This document shows, one piece after another, positions 14,414 through 27,266 of a DNA stretch of 64,000 nt. Numbering within the stretch: position 1 is the first letter of the stretch; each line of letters starts with the position of its first letter. Below the pieces are notes generated by a model. That model saw nothing but the letters and a program-made list of their open reading frames with translations. It did no database searches and was not told the origin of the DNA. Made by a program: the position numbers and the translations under genes. The stretch is from Octopus sinensis (Eukaryota). The stretch lies in assembly GCF_006345805.1 (NCBI RefSeq), contig NC_042997.1, positions 4,712,001 to 4,776,000 on the forward strand. The letters run 5' to 3'.

Positions 14414-14516
14414 TATAATACTAATAATAATAATAATAGGAATAATAATATTAATAATAATAATAATAATAATGGGAATAATAATATTGATAATAATAAT
14501 AATAATAATAGGAATA

Positions 14517-14586
<70 letters not shown>
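14351..14586. repeat. (TAA)n tract between the two R4 copies
   Basis: Seen directly, with a few gg/ggg interruptions. Confidence 0.95.
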
Positions 14587-16557
14587 GGTTTGCCTACAAA
14601 AAGGCGTTTGATAGCATCCCCCACACATGGATCCTCGAAACACTAGCCATTAACAAAGTAGCACCAACAATCATAGAATTCATAGAGCACTTTATGAATA
14701 AATGGCAAACAGTGCTACACCTCCAAACAAAAGAGGGACTCTTGAAAACCAAAGACATCCCCATTAGAAGAGGAATATTCCAGGGAGACACGCGCTCTCC
14801 ACTCCTTTTCTGCTTGGCATTGTCACCTCTATCTGATATGCTAAATAGAACTGGATGCAGATATAAATGTTACGGCAAAACGATCAGCCACCTTTAATAT
14901 ATGGATGGCCTAAAACTATACGCTGCAAATGACAAACAGCTGGGAACACTATTAAAGACAGTTCATGGATTCACCAAAGAAATAGATATGACATTTGGAT
15001 TAGAAAAATGCGCAAAAGTAATCATGAAAGGGCGAAAACTAGTTAAGAGTAACAACATCACACTAGATAAAACCAATGAAATAAAAGAATTAGACCAAAG
15101 CCAAACTTACAAATACATAGGAATCCATGAACTAGATAAAACACAACACACACAAATGAAAGAGAAAATAAAAAAAGAATATTATAGACGAGTTAGATCA
15201 ATACTAAAAACAGAGCTCAGTGCTAAAAACAAGATAATAGGTATCAACACTTTAGCTGTCCCAGTTATAAGTTACAGCTACAATATCCTTAACTGGACAC
15301 GAAATGAACTGTCCAAAATAGATAGGAAAACAAGAAAAATACTGACAGGATCTAGGATGCATCACCCAAAATCTGACATAGAAAGATTATATATACAACG
15401 TATAGAAGGTGGTAGAGGCCTTATACACCTGGAAAACTACTATAAAATAACCACCATAGGACTGCAAAATTATCTACTTCAGAACGAAGGAAAACTGATC
15501 CAGATAGCAGCAAAACACGAGCAAAACAAAAAACTGTTCTCAGTATTTAAGGAAGCTGACAAATACAAACAAGAAATCATACCACCTAATAAACATGAAG
15601 AAGAAGAAGAAGATGATGAAGAAACAACAAAAGCTATAAAACAAATGAAATCCAAACTAAAAATAGAACAGCAACGAACCATGATAAAACGATGGCAAGA
15701 AAAGCCCCTTCATGGTAAATACTGCACTAAACTAAACGCAAAAGAAATAGACAAAGAAAAATCCCAGCAATGGTTGAGAAGCCCAGGACTCAAAGCAGAA
15801 ACATAGGGATTTTTAATTGCAGCACAAGACCAAAGCCTCCCCACCAGAAATTACCAAAAACATGTAATGAAAAGAAATATTACAAGTAACTGCAGAATAT
15901 GTGGAGATGGACAAGAAACAATAAATCATATTATCTCTAGCTGCCCAGTCCTGACTAAGAAGGAATATATTCACAGACCTGACAGAGTTGGAACCTACAT
16001 ACATTGGAAGCTATGCCAACATTATGGAATAACAACAGAAAAAGGATGGTATAGGCACACACCAGAAAAGGTCACAGAAAACGAGAAAGCAACCATACTC
16101 TGGGATATGCCGATACACACAGATAGAGAAATTAAGGCCAACAGACCAAATATAGTTGTCAGAGATCATGAAGAAAAAAAATGCTTTCTAATTGATGTAT
16201 CAATACCGACAGATGACAACATGTCTCTAAAAGAAATGGAGAAACTCTCAAAATACAAAGACCTGGAAATAGAGGTAACTAGAATGTGGAATCTGAAAAC
16301 AGAAACAATTCCTATCATAGTAGGTGCATTAGGCATGATAAAAAAATATTCAGACAAATACATAACAAAAACACCAGGACTTACAAACATATATAACATA
16401 CAGAAAATTGCACTACTAGGCACTGCACACATCCTACGCAGAACACTTTCCATACAATAACCATCAGAGCATCACAACAAATCACAGCACATACCCAAGG
16501 CACACAGTGCTGCGCTCGGTAGTGAAGTGAAAGCACGCTATAAAAATAAAACTACTG
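14587..16557 (+). mobile_element. 5'-truncated R4/Dong-clade retrotransposon, copy 2
   Basis: Colinear with about 12403-14350 of copy 1. ORFs 14901-15806 and 15867-16460 carry the RT C-terminus, CRICGDGQETINHIISSC and the RLE. There are nonsense codons at 14895-14897 and 15804-15806 and a (TAA)n tail. Confidence 0.92.
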
Positions 16558-16578
16558 AATAATAATAATAATAATAGA

Positions 16579-16657
<79 letters not shown>

Positions 16658-16670
16658 CAACAACAACAAT
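16558..16670. repeat. (TAA)n-(CAA)n tail
   Basis: Seen directly. Confidence 0.95.
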
Positions 16671-16675
16671 AAAAC

Positions 16676-16856
16676 ATCGAAAATAGCTTAGGAATGACAA
16701 CCCAGGTTCGAAACTTCCCCAGGACGCCTGATGAAGGCTGGAAGGTATATCAGTCGAAACGTTGTGATAAGAACAATCAAGACGAGGACAAATATCCGTT
16801 AATTGTAAATAATAAAAACAACGTACATTACTTCTCATCTCTTAAATATAGAACTG
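16676..16856 (+). mobile_element. Short PLE-type 3'-end element carrying a hammerhead fold
   Basis: Its 3' 110 bp recur at 60156-60262. It contains CTGATGA...GAAACGTT. Confidence 0.55.
16725..16766 (+). ncRNA. Minimal type I hammerhead-ribozyme fold (extra A after A9)
   Basis: cgc CTGATGA a ggctgg-aaggtata-tcagtc GAAA CG TT gtg. Stem II is 6 bp with wobbles, stem III is palindromic (AACGTT), and stem I is only 3 bp in this copy. Confidence 0.55.
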
Positions 16857-18432
16857 AATTATCTTTTATGTTGTGATTAAAACTTCTGCTCAAATCTTTA
16901 TTTGACCAAGTCTAAAGTACGTCGTCTTTGATTTATTTGATGTTTGTTCACACACATACACATTTTTGCATTAATAGTGCAAATGGCCTTCATTTGCCTG
17001 GACTATAATAACTACCAATAGCTGTATTAATGTATTTTGTCTCTGCGTATTTTATCTGTTCTCTCAGAGGTTGTAATTATGAAATCTTTACTAAAAATTA
17101 TAGGATAAAAGATGTGACTGTAACATTCATGAGATTTGCTTACACGATGTTAATTGCTTGGCTAAATCAATAATGAATAGGATTGATATCGCAAACGTTA
17201 ACTGTGACGGAGCAAACAATAAAATTGGGCAACTGGATTCATGGTGGACAAAAACTAAGCTATATACATAAGCATTTTTTTTCACATTTGATAATGTTAT
17301 GCTAGAGATTTCAAACTCCGTTTAGCGTTGCAGTTACTTTGACATTGAGCATGACCTACAAGCTTGAAGGTGAAGTCACGTAAGTTATAAAATGCGATAT
17401 GACCCTAGGATGGACGAAAGACGAAATATTTGTACCAAATTATTAATAATAGTAGATGCAAAGTTGATTTTTTTTTTGATAATCTACATCTGACGAAGTT
17501 ATATGTCACTAACGTATATATGGTATACGATGAATGCACGTCTGTTGCAGCGGCTTCAAGCGTTTTTTGCTGTGATCATTTCAAAGACTTATTTCTCAAG
17601 AAATGCATGTTTTTTTTTATAACAACTTTATAAGTAAAGTAGATAATTCTTTAGAGAAATATATCTATTTATCTGTCGAACGAATCTCCTTGTAGTTTGA
17701 TAGCATTTTCATGCAAAATTTGAAAAAGAGCAGCGATGATAATTGTACAATTTCATATTGCAGAGAGGGGTTGATAGTTCAATATTAATAAGGTGATGTG
17801 AAACCATATATAGCAGCTGAATTTTGCTCTTAGAAACTTTGTATGTGTCTATCATTTACGATGCAGCTGATTTTAGAAAGTATTTTTATTACACGCAGAA
17901 TCAACTATTCCTGAGAGGTTCATGAAAATGAGATATATTGACAAAATAAGTCTCATTTGATGATAGATAATAATGGATTTAATAACACTATGGGACAAAT
18001 AATTGGCAACAGAGGTAAATCTAAATGATTTAAAATAAATTTCTAATACTCATATAGGAAGCGCAAAATCCTTCGTAAATAAACTGAAATTAATTTCTAA
18101 TCAATAATTATTGCAAGGTTGCTATTTCCCTCATAACCTGCAGCCGTCCATTACATATTTACATGCATCCGTACATAATTATATATACACAATTATAAAT
18201 ACATATTATGCACAAACACACGCACATACACGTACACACATAAGCAGACACAAACGCAAACGCAAACACACGTGAGCACGCGCGCACATGAGTGTGCAAT
18301 GTTTCTGGTAATTTAAGAAATTAGCATGCTCTCTATAGTACAATGTCAATTTCTACTTATCCTTCCCTTGTATTGTCATTACAGAAAGCGTATTGATATT
18401 CCGTCGATATTAGCCGTCTTATTTATATTGTA

Positions 18433-18833
18433 TACTCTTTACTCTTTACTCTTTTACTTGTTTCAGTCATTTGACTGCGGCAATGCTGGAGCACCGCCTT
18501 TTAATCGAGCAACTCGACCCCGGGACTTATTCTTTGTAAGCCCAGTACTTATTCTACCGGTCTCTTTTTGCCGAACCGCTAAGTGACGAGGACATAAACA
18601 CACCAGCATCGATTGTCAGGCAATGCTAGGGGGACAAACACAGACACACAAACGCATACATATACACATACATACATATATTTACATATATACGACGGGC
18701 TTCTTTCAGTTTCCGTCTACCAAATCCACTCACAAGGCTTTGGTCGTCCCGAGGCTATAGCAGAAGACACTTGCCCAAGGTGCCACGCAGTGGGGCTGAA
18801 CCCAGAACCGTGTGGTTGGTAAACAAGCTACTT
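18433..18833 (-). mobile_element. tRNA-derived SINE family 1 (bipartite, internal microsatellite)
   Basis: Reverse complement of 31886-32359: B-box-like ggttcagccccactgc, a central (TA/CA)n and a 3' (AAAGAGT)n tail. Confidence 0.85.
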
Positions 18834-18981
18834 TATTTCATAAATTTGTCATATAGACAGTACAAAGAGCATTGCGGGCTGGACAAACACATTAATGAAT
18901 GATATGAATTATAATGAATAGATGAGAGACGAAACCCAACACCCGCCGATTGGATTTTTCTCGAAAATATATTTTCTTTAA

Positions 18982-20410
18982 TTTTTTTTTAATCAATATA
19001 AGGTTTCAAACATTTTACAAGGAGGCACTAAAACCTCTTACTTAACATATTTTCTTTTTTCTTTCTTAAAACACAAAATTGAGGTTATAAAGAACTAAAA
19101 AATAGTCCAATAAGGTGAGGTTTCAAACGCTGTAACGAGGGTCTTTCACCTCCTACTCTTCGATATATCCATCGATATATTGATCATTATCTTCAGTGCC
19201 ACTTGAGTTCCTGTATCCCGCCATTTCCCATCCCTCACTCATGTAGGACATGTAAGTCGTGTAAGGGCCACCCAGCCATATGCGACTCGCCTCCCCAAAT
19301 CCTTTAAGCCTTTCCCACAAGGGAAACCTTATGACCCCCACAGCTATCTGCGGAGGCCATTCGGGATCCCGTGTGAAGGGAATATCGACTGTTTCTTTAT
19401 GTTCTTCTACTATTTTTTGCACATCCCCGCCCTTGTAGAAAAAGATAATCAATTGATCATCTTTAAGGGTGGGGGTGGTTTCTTCCACCGTGGGTGGCAC
19501 AACTTCGGGGCATGCAGTCGGCACATCATCTCCCTGCTGAGATGAGCCATTCTTTTTTTCTTTTTTCTTTCTTCCTGGCTTCGGGAGAGTAGAGCTCTTC
19601 CGCTTTGTCCGGAGACTCTTCCCCACCTCCCGAAGCCTTAGGTTCCTTCGGCGGGCAACTATTGTTGCTCACCTTCTTCCTTTTTAATCCTTTTAGAGTT
19701 GAGGAGGCTGAAGCCTCCTCGACCACATCCACCTCTCCCTTTGACCGGGTAGGGGAAGTGGCATCTGGTGACTGTTCCAGGACCTTACCATGGTCCTTGG
19801 GGTAGTTCATTTTAATGTGGCCTGGCTGCAGGCACGAGTGACACTTTGGGGGACGTCCCTCAAACATCACCGGATATCTGCAGCCAGAAATCTTGAAAAA
19901 CCAGTTCTGTTGCGGCCGATGGTTTCCACAGAGTCAAAATCGCTTTTGACCCTTCCCAATCGACCGCCGGCAATACCTTTACATTTAAGAGCCTGGGCCC
20001 CCAATCCCCCTGTCCCCGTCGGATGGTATCTTCAATCCAATCCGCTTCTGTGACCTGGGGGAGCCCACATACCCAGGCTCGTATTAATTTCCTTCCTCAA
20101 TATGACGGGAGAAACAGGATTTCCTTGCCTTATAAAGGCTGACTCACAAACTGGCGAGCATTTTCCCCGTTGTCAAACAGCAACCATATGGTTGCATGTT
20201 TGACACCACGGGGGATATATTTTACAGAGGACAAATGTTCTTTAAGTTCATTTTTATGACTTGTTTTGGGAAGACGGTGATGGAATTAAGAACTTTAGAA
20301 TACGTTCTAAGTACGATCGTCTTCTCCTCCATATCTTTTAAACATTGCTTATGCGGGTTAATTTCCCACTCTAAGGCACAGTTTTTCTTTTTATGTTCCT
20401 TCTCTGTCAT
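18982..20410 (-). mobile_element. Tx1/L1-like ORF1 (gag-like, zinc knuckle) remnant with A-rich 3' end and no ORF2
   Basis: Frameshifted ORFs 20222-20410, 19526-19870 (EGRPPKCHSCLQPGHIKMNYP, a CX2CX4HX4C with the last Cys mutated) and 19153-19626, followed by a short UTR ending attgattaaaaaaaaa. Confidence 0.55.
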
Positions 20411-22546
20411 GTCAAAAAACAGTTCAAAAGTAGTTCAAAAGACAGTCTGCCCCAAAAAATTAAACCGAATAAAAATAAAACAAAATAAAGGGGAGGGGAG
20501 GAAACTGAAATGAAAAGAATGAACCAAAATTTAGAAAGAAAGAAATGATAGAAGAAGGGAAAAATAGCACAGACAGGGAATCCTTTGTATAATACTCCAA
20601 AAAGGCAATCCAAAATGTAATCCAAAAGGGTAATCGAACTGGCTTATTCTTATATTTTTCTGGCGAGATACGCCCACTAGAAATCACAAGAAGAATTCTC
20701 AAACAAAAATTCTCAATTCATCGTTACGGCCAAAATTTAACACAACTGTAAAACAGTTAAAAAATCATTCCAAATTTCTTCTAGGTACTCCTTAACAGGA
20801 AAAACCCTATTTTCAAACAAAAGTTTGGCAGAATACACCTACCAAACCAATAATTTTCACAATTAAGTGAATAATATTTTCACTCAGCCTCCGGCAGATT
20901 AGAGCCTGGTGAAGACTTGTTGCTTGTAAAGATAATTTGCAACATACAACAGGTCCCCACTAGACCGCCCAAATTCTTACCTTACGGCTGAGTATTCAAA
21001 AGTCTTCAATTTAAGACGGCTTTCAAATTCTCGCTTTAAGGTTAATTGAAGTTCTTCAAAACTTAAATCCTAAATCGTTATACACACTGTATAACTATAT
21101 CACAATAAGTTCGATTTCCAAAACTTATGGCGAAGGTATGATAGAATAAACTATAAAATAACCAAAGAAGCTGCATCTATATCGTAGATTATATTAAATA
21201 AAGCAAAACCAACGAAATATTTTTTACGTGAAGTGACACACATAATTCTGCTCATCTGGTTATCTATAAAAGTTACTATCATTAATAGTTTCACACTGGA
21301 AAGTGATTGTATATGTACTGCATTAATTTTTAACAATATATACATGTGAAATGCCTATTAAAATGCAATGAAAATACATACATGAAAATAAAATTATATA
21401 TTATTCATCTTCGGAAAACATACATAAGCATTAAGCCATTCATTTATATATATTTAACTGACTTTGGAATTAGTGTTTCGTGCCTCAAACCAGAACGATT
21501 TACAAGAATGATCGCACGTGTGTATAACTAGAAAAATGTTACAACGAATTTCTACAAATTCTTACAAATATATAAATTGAAAATACATTTTAAATGTTTA
21601 AAAATTTCATTGCAGTTGGCCTTAAGTTAGCGTACAATGCTTTAACTGAATAGGATGTAAGGAATATTGGTATTGGTGTTTGTTTAAAATGCATTGTACC
21701 AAAGTTTTGGAATGGGTCTTATCTTGCCATTTCCATGTTTAACAGGAAATATCCCGATAAATTTTATATGAGAAGTTGAAGTATAGTAGACGCATTCTAG
21801 AAAAAGTCAGTGGGAATTAAATACGACTCAATATTTTAAAATATGGAAAATTATATACATATATATATATGTAGGTGAATGAATTATCCTAGTATTGATA
21901 ATTCGGTTAATCGAATTTTGATAAGGGCAGGAAATTTTCTGGAATTTGTAATTCCGAGCTCTTCTATATCATTTTCGCCAAGTTCCCCTTGGTTAACACA
22001 TTAATAGAAAAAATCCTATAAGTGTAAGCACTGGCAAAAACACTCCTTCCATTCATATAAATGATAAATAATATAGATAGCTTCTATGTTTTAGTAATTA
22101 ATTTCACGTCTCTTTTATGTCTACTCCGTTACATAAGACAATAATACTAAATGTCATTAGCGTATGTTTATCTCTTCCTCTCTACCTCTCTCCCTCTCTC
22201 TCTCCCTCTCTCCCTCTCTCTCTCCCTCTCTATCTCTGTCACACGCTCAATCAAACACACAGACACAAATTTCTCACCCTACTGCTATATTTATTTGACA
22301 ATTGTCCCCAACACAAACATAATTACACACACACACATACATTGACATAAATGCAGTTATATACATGCACTCATACAGCATGCATGCTATCCCCTTCTTA
22401 TTTTTATAACTTCCTCTTCCCAACCAATTTTGACGTCATTGCTTATAACGGATTTTAAAAAAAACACTCATTATCACTGTGAGCACTTTATAGGAATCCA
22501 TAAAAAAGTTTTTGTCCGTCTTGAGGCTGATAGAGGTTCCTTGTCC

Positions 22547-22625
22547 TTCCTGATGAGGAGACGGCATAATGCACCCTTTATTCCTTCGGAATTAAGAATA
22601 TGAAGTATTCGAAACATGTGTTGAA
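22547..22625 (+). ncRNA. Hammerhead-like motif with about 39 nt extra sequence in the stem II region
   Basis: ttc CTGATGA [39 nt] gaata-tgaag-tattc GAAAC atgt GTT gaa, with a (TA)n tract 60 nt downstream. Confidence 0.35.
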
Positions 22626-22678
22626 AGTAAAGGAACTTTGTTAAAATCTTCGTTCGACTCCATTCTTTCATTTATTCA

Positions 22679-22722
<44 letters not shown>

Positions 22723-25384
22723 ACAAGAGAGGAAAAGATGATGAGCAGAAACTAGAGACTAAATGCTATACGTGACTGCGATAAAAGAGACAAAAATACA
22801 TATCTAAATAAGAAATATTTTCATTAAAGCAAGTGACTTCAAAGTTCTTGATCATTAATCTGCCAAATGAATCTAAACGATAAAAAGAAACATAACATTC
22901 TTCCTGAATTTTAGTGATCATAGTGTATATTCTAGTTAATATAGAACATGTGGTCTTACACTTCGTCAGCATACAGTTTATTGGTGTTTGTCACACACTA
23001 TAGAGAGTGCAGCAATTCAAAAGACAAAATATCATTCTAGACGCTGTTTTCAGTTGTTGCCCATAAAGAGTAGGTTAGTCATTTATGTTTGGCCTGAATA
23101 TGTTTAGGAAATGCAAGAAATCGATGTTTATATTTAAAAGTAATTCTATGAAATAGGAAAGCAATAGAATTTCTAATTACAGTAATCCTTCAACATATCG
23201 CTTTTCACCTATCGCGGTTTATTATTTAAGCTTACGTGGATTCCACTGTGGCGTTAGATTGTTTTGCATTTATAATAAAATAAATATATAACAAATTATA
23301 AAAATAACAAAAATACAGTACAATAGTACAGTACTGTTTTAACTCTCGTTAAACTCTCGGGGATATTTAGCTCTCGTGATGGGTTTTGGAACATAACACC
23401 CTCGATAGTCAAGAGATTCCTGTACAGATATTCTCTTCTTATGAATATTTCTCTTCTTACATTTACATAACGCCTTACATACAAAGAGAAATATGTAGTG
23501 TCTCAAAAAACTGCAAAAATTCTTAACATGGTTTCGCAATAATCAATTAGTGCTTTTGAGATATGAAGAATACTTGAAGATATAATCACGTGCTTTAGTT
23601 GTTTATGAGTGTCCGAATTCTGGATGACGAAATTCTACCACTCATTAACAAATTGTTTCTACAAATTATGCAGTTTTCATTTTACTTTCGAACGGAAACA
23701 TAAAATTGTTTTTAGAATATAAATTTAAATTTCGATATCAATTATATTCACACATACATAAGTACGCACATGCATACACACACACATTCACACACATACA
23801 CACACGCATATTCACCCACACGTGCACACACCTATACATGTGCATATGAATCATATGAGGCATGTCATTGATAAAGTCACGCATTATAGGAATAATTGTT
23901 TGATTTCCCTGAATGACTGATTGATTGGCCGAACGATTTATCAAACACACATTTAAGGGAATATTTTACCAAGTCAACGAATAATAAGGTAAAATAGAAC
24001 TAGTGTGTGTGTTTATTATTGCCGTAGCGACCCTTTTGAGATACAAAAAATGTTTCCAACGCACAAATTCACGTTAAGATTCCTCCAAACTAAAAACACA
24101 AAAGAAGTTCAAACACAGTTATTGGCTTATACTTTGTTTATTGACTATGAAGATGGCATCGTATGTTTCTTCACATACCATGAATAAATATGAACCTCTC
24201 AGAATACTGAATATGCTTGCTTTTATTAGCTTTTCTTTCGATACGTTTACCATGAGTATGACTTCTCATTTGCGTTTTATAATGGCATTTCTAATATTGG
24301 GAACATATATGTATTCATGCCAACACGAATATCACAAGTTGTTTTTGCAGTGAGTTCTCGTGTCATATGATATATAAATTCTAAGCATCGTGCAAGAAGT
24401 ACTCTTTACTGATGTCATTAACCTACTATAAATAAAAACCTAGTGTCAAAAGGGCCAACTACCTATTGTGTTGTGACGAGGAATGAAAATATGCAATCTT
24501 TCTTCCGAAATGTATGAATAAGTATTCTCACTTAAGTTTCTTTATATTCTAATGAGTATTAACAGATGTCATTCAAAAACCATGTATTTTTCAAAATTAT
24601 TAGTTTTCGAGTCCAAACACAAATATCATCTTAATAATTAACTTGCTGGTAATAACTATAAAAATACCGACAGAAATATATATAAACCAGATGTGTAATA
24701 TTTATAAATTGAATTCTAGAATTAATAAATCCCAAACCGTAGTCACATAGTGTTGTACATGGTAAATATAATTCTTCAAATACAATGTGCTGATAAATGC
24801 ATTGTTAAATAAGTATTTTATTAATTGTGATACTGCAAGAATACAACACACTGACAGAATAAAAATATGTCAGACACTTTACATACTGTGTTGCCATCAC
24901 ACCACTGAAAACATTGCTCCTTCTTGTTCCATCGTAGATAAATTGGAATTCGTGAATTAGTTTAATATAATCCAATTTAATTACTAACAGTATTTGTATT
25001 TTTATTGAAGTAATTTTATAATGTTGTTGCATCCAAAATATTTTTGTCCACCTTAATAAGCAAACGCATGCAAGATATTAATTATTGCAAGAGATATATA
25101 TCGATATCCGTCATACTTATTAGTAAGGGAATAATCTTATTATCTAAAACATTTTTTAAAACCAATGTGATATTGCTGTACGCAATGAACATGTATCTAT
25201 GCAATATTCAGTAATTAAATTAAGTAGTACCTACCTCCAAACAATTCGTTAGCTAATTATCCTTTCTTTGTTCCAGTCTTTCCTTAATAGATGGATGATG
25301 AACAATGGCATTTGTATAAGGATATGTGAAGTGAGTGGTAGATTTACTTATGCATCTAAACTTTGTATTTGCTTTATAACAGGA

Positions 25385-27266
25385 CGAGCAGTAATACCCA
25401 GCGTCGCCCGGCTTATAAAGAATAATGAAATTTTAAAACGCCGTCTAGATTACGTAGGTCTCAACTGTTAGTAGCTGAGTTACCAACTTTTTACATTAAA
25501 AACTCTCCTACCCATGCCAGCATGGAACATAGTCGTTAAGTGAAATGTTAAAATAAATTTTGCAACTCTAATATATATTTAAAGTAAATACACGTAATTC
25601 CCAAACAGGGTTTGTCTAGCTTATTTCGTAACCAAAAACAGGTACAGATTATTAAACTATGACAGGCCGATTTTAGTGATTTATTTGACAGAGGCAGTAG
25701 AAAGCTTATCCGATGATAAAGCTAACCTTGTATTTTGAAAGTTTGCATGAATCCTAACTCTGTTAAATATCTTGTGGTTCCAAATGATGTCATCTGCAGT
25801 GTAGCTCTGTATTGTCTTTGTTTTGGAATTGCTTGGATTCTTGGTCTGTTGACGACAACAATTTCTTCAATGACTCTGGAGTTGGGGGGGGATTGGATGG
25901 TGTTTAACATTTCCAACATTGCAGCACAGAGCAGGTGTCTCTCCAGGCCACGTGTTCGCTTTATAATATATACACTCAGTTGTCATTGCACTAATGGTAT
26001 CTCTAGTGTCATCTTTATAATGAACTGCTGGATCATAATTGAAAGCTGGTTCATAGAAGTTGCTTCTCTGAGCTGTTGCAATTGCCCTTTACCGTGCATA
26101 CCTCTGTCAACCGTGAATACTTCTGTCAATCACTTTGAGAAGGTGTGGCTTTTGTAGTGCACAGTCTGTTCGATTCTTGTTTTTTTTCCCCTTTCTGAAG
26201 CTGTCTCTATTTCCCTGAACAGAAATATTTTTTGGTTGACCTTGATATGTTTGATAAATTTGATACTTTCCTTCTATGCATATTTATATACGCATACAGA
26301 AATGCACGGGTGCAAAAGATAGTAAACATGAAAACAACCATGTGACGATAATTACATTTCTTAATAAGACGAGCAGATAGTAAATAAGAAATATTTTACG
26401 GAAAATAAAGTCTTGTGCGGGTTGAAGCGAAATGTGTTACTTAATGAACCAAAGAATCAATATCGAGGGAACCAGAAAAAAACCCTTAACAAAATAAAAT
26501 CACAAAACCGTAGCAAAAATAAATATAAGAAATTTTTAGGGAAATTAACAAAGTGCACGATTTAAGTAACATTTTCGAAGATACTTCCGTCAGTAAATTA
26601 TGCACTTACTTTTATCAGTAATTCCGTCAAATACGAAAACAAACAAAAAAAAAAAAAAACCAATGTTGCAAATCTAAATAAGAAATATGTAGGCGGATTC
26701 AGCGAAGTGTACGGATTGAAGTGACATTTATGATGTTACTTCTGTCAGTAAATTATGTAAGAATTTATTTTCATCAGTAATTGTGAACTTCTTTCTGTCA
26801 GTAATTTGTCATAGTTGAAGTTAAATAGCGATTGAAAACTCACAGTGAAACAATAGTGTCTGAAAAAGGAATCTGAAAAAATAGACAGTGAGTGAGAAAT
26901 AGAGAGATGGGGGAAAGAGAAAGAGAGAGACAGAGAGCTAGCTAGTTTATCAAATAAGATAGATATATACGATATAGACAGGGAGATACAGAGAGACAGA
27001 TATAAATATAGAGATGGATAGAGAGATATTGATAGGGTGACATAGATGTGACTGACGCTAGAAAACCGGGAGTAAATAATTTAAAAGCCTTTCAGAGATG
27101 CGAATTTAATTTTAAAAAACTTTCTTTTTAAATGTTTAATAAATAATCAAATAAAGAGCCTAACATATGTCTGAGGTCAAATTATTCACGCATCAAAATT
27201 ATGGAAGCAACCGGTGAAGCCGTTTTCACGTGAAAAGCCAATACACACACATCTCTATATATTAGA
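25385..27266 (-). mobile_element. Internally deleted Helitron (about 1.9 kb)
   Basis: The minus strand has a 5' a|TCtaatatatag terminus and a degenerate 3' hairpin with CTCG in place of CTAG. The target is A25384|T27267. It has an internal RepHel remnant and repeated acttc(c/t)gtcagtaaattatg motifs near 26583 and 26739. Confidence 0.75.
25722..26000 (-). pseudogene. Helitron Rep-helicase N-terminal remnant
   Basis: GETPALCCNVGNVK... and, after a frameshift, YRATLQMTSFGTTRYLTELGFMQTFKIQG match the RepHel CC..G.V...YN..FQMTSFG...FMPTFK.QG block. Confidence 0.8.

Noticed and set aside
14339-14643. Poly-N, poly-L and poly-I ORFs (also near 16.5, 35.8 and 36.4 kb)
   Set aside because: These are translations of (TAA)n arrays.
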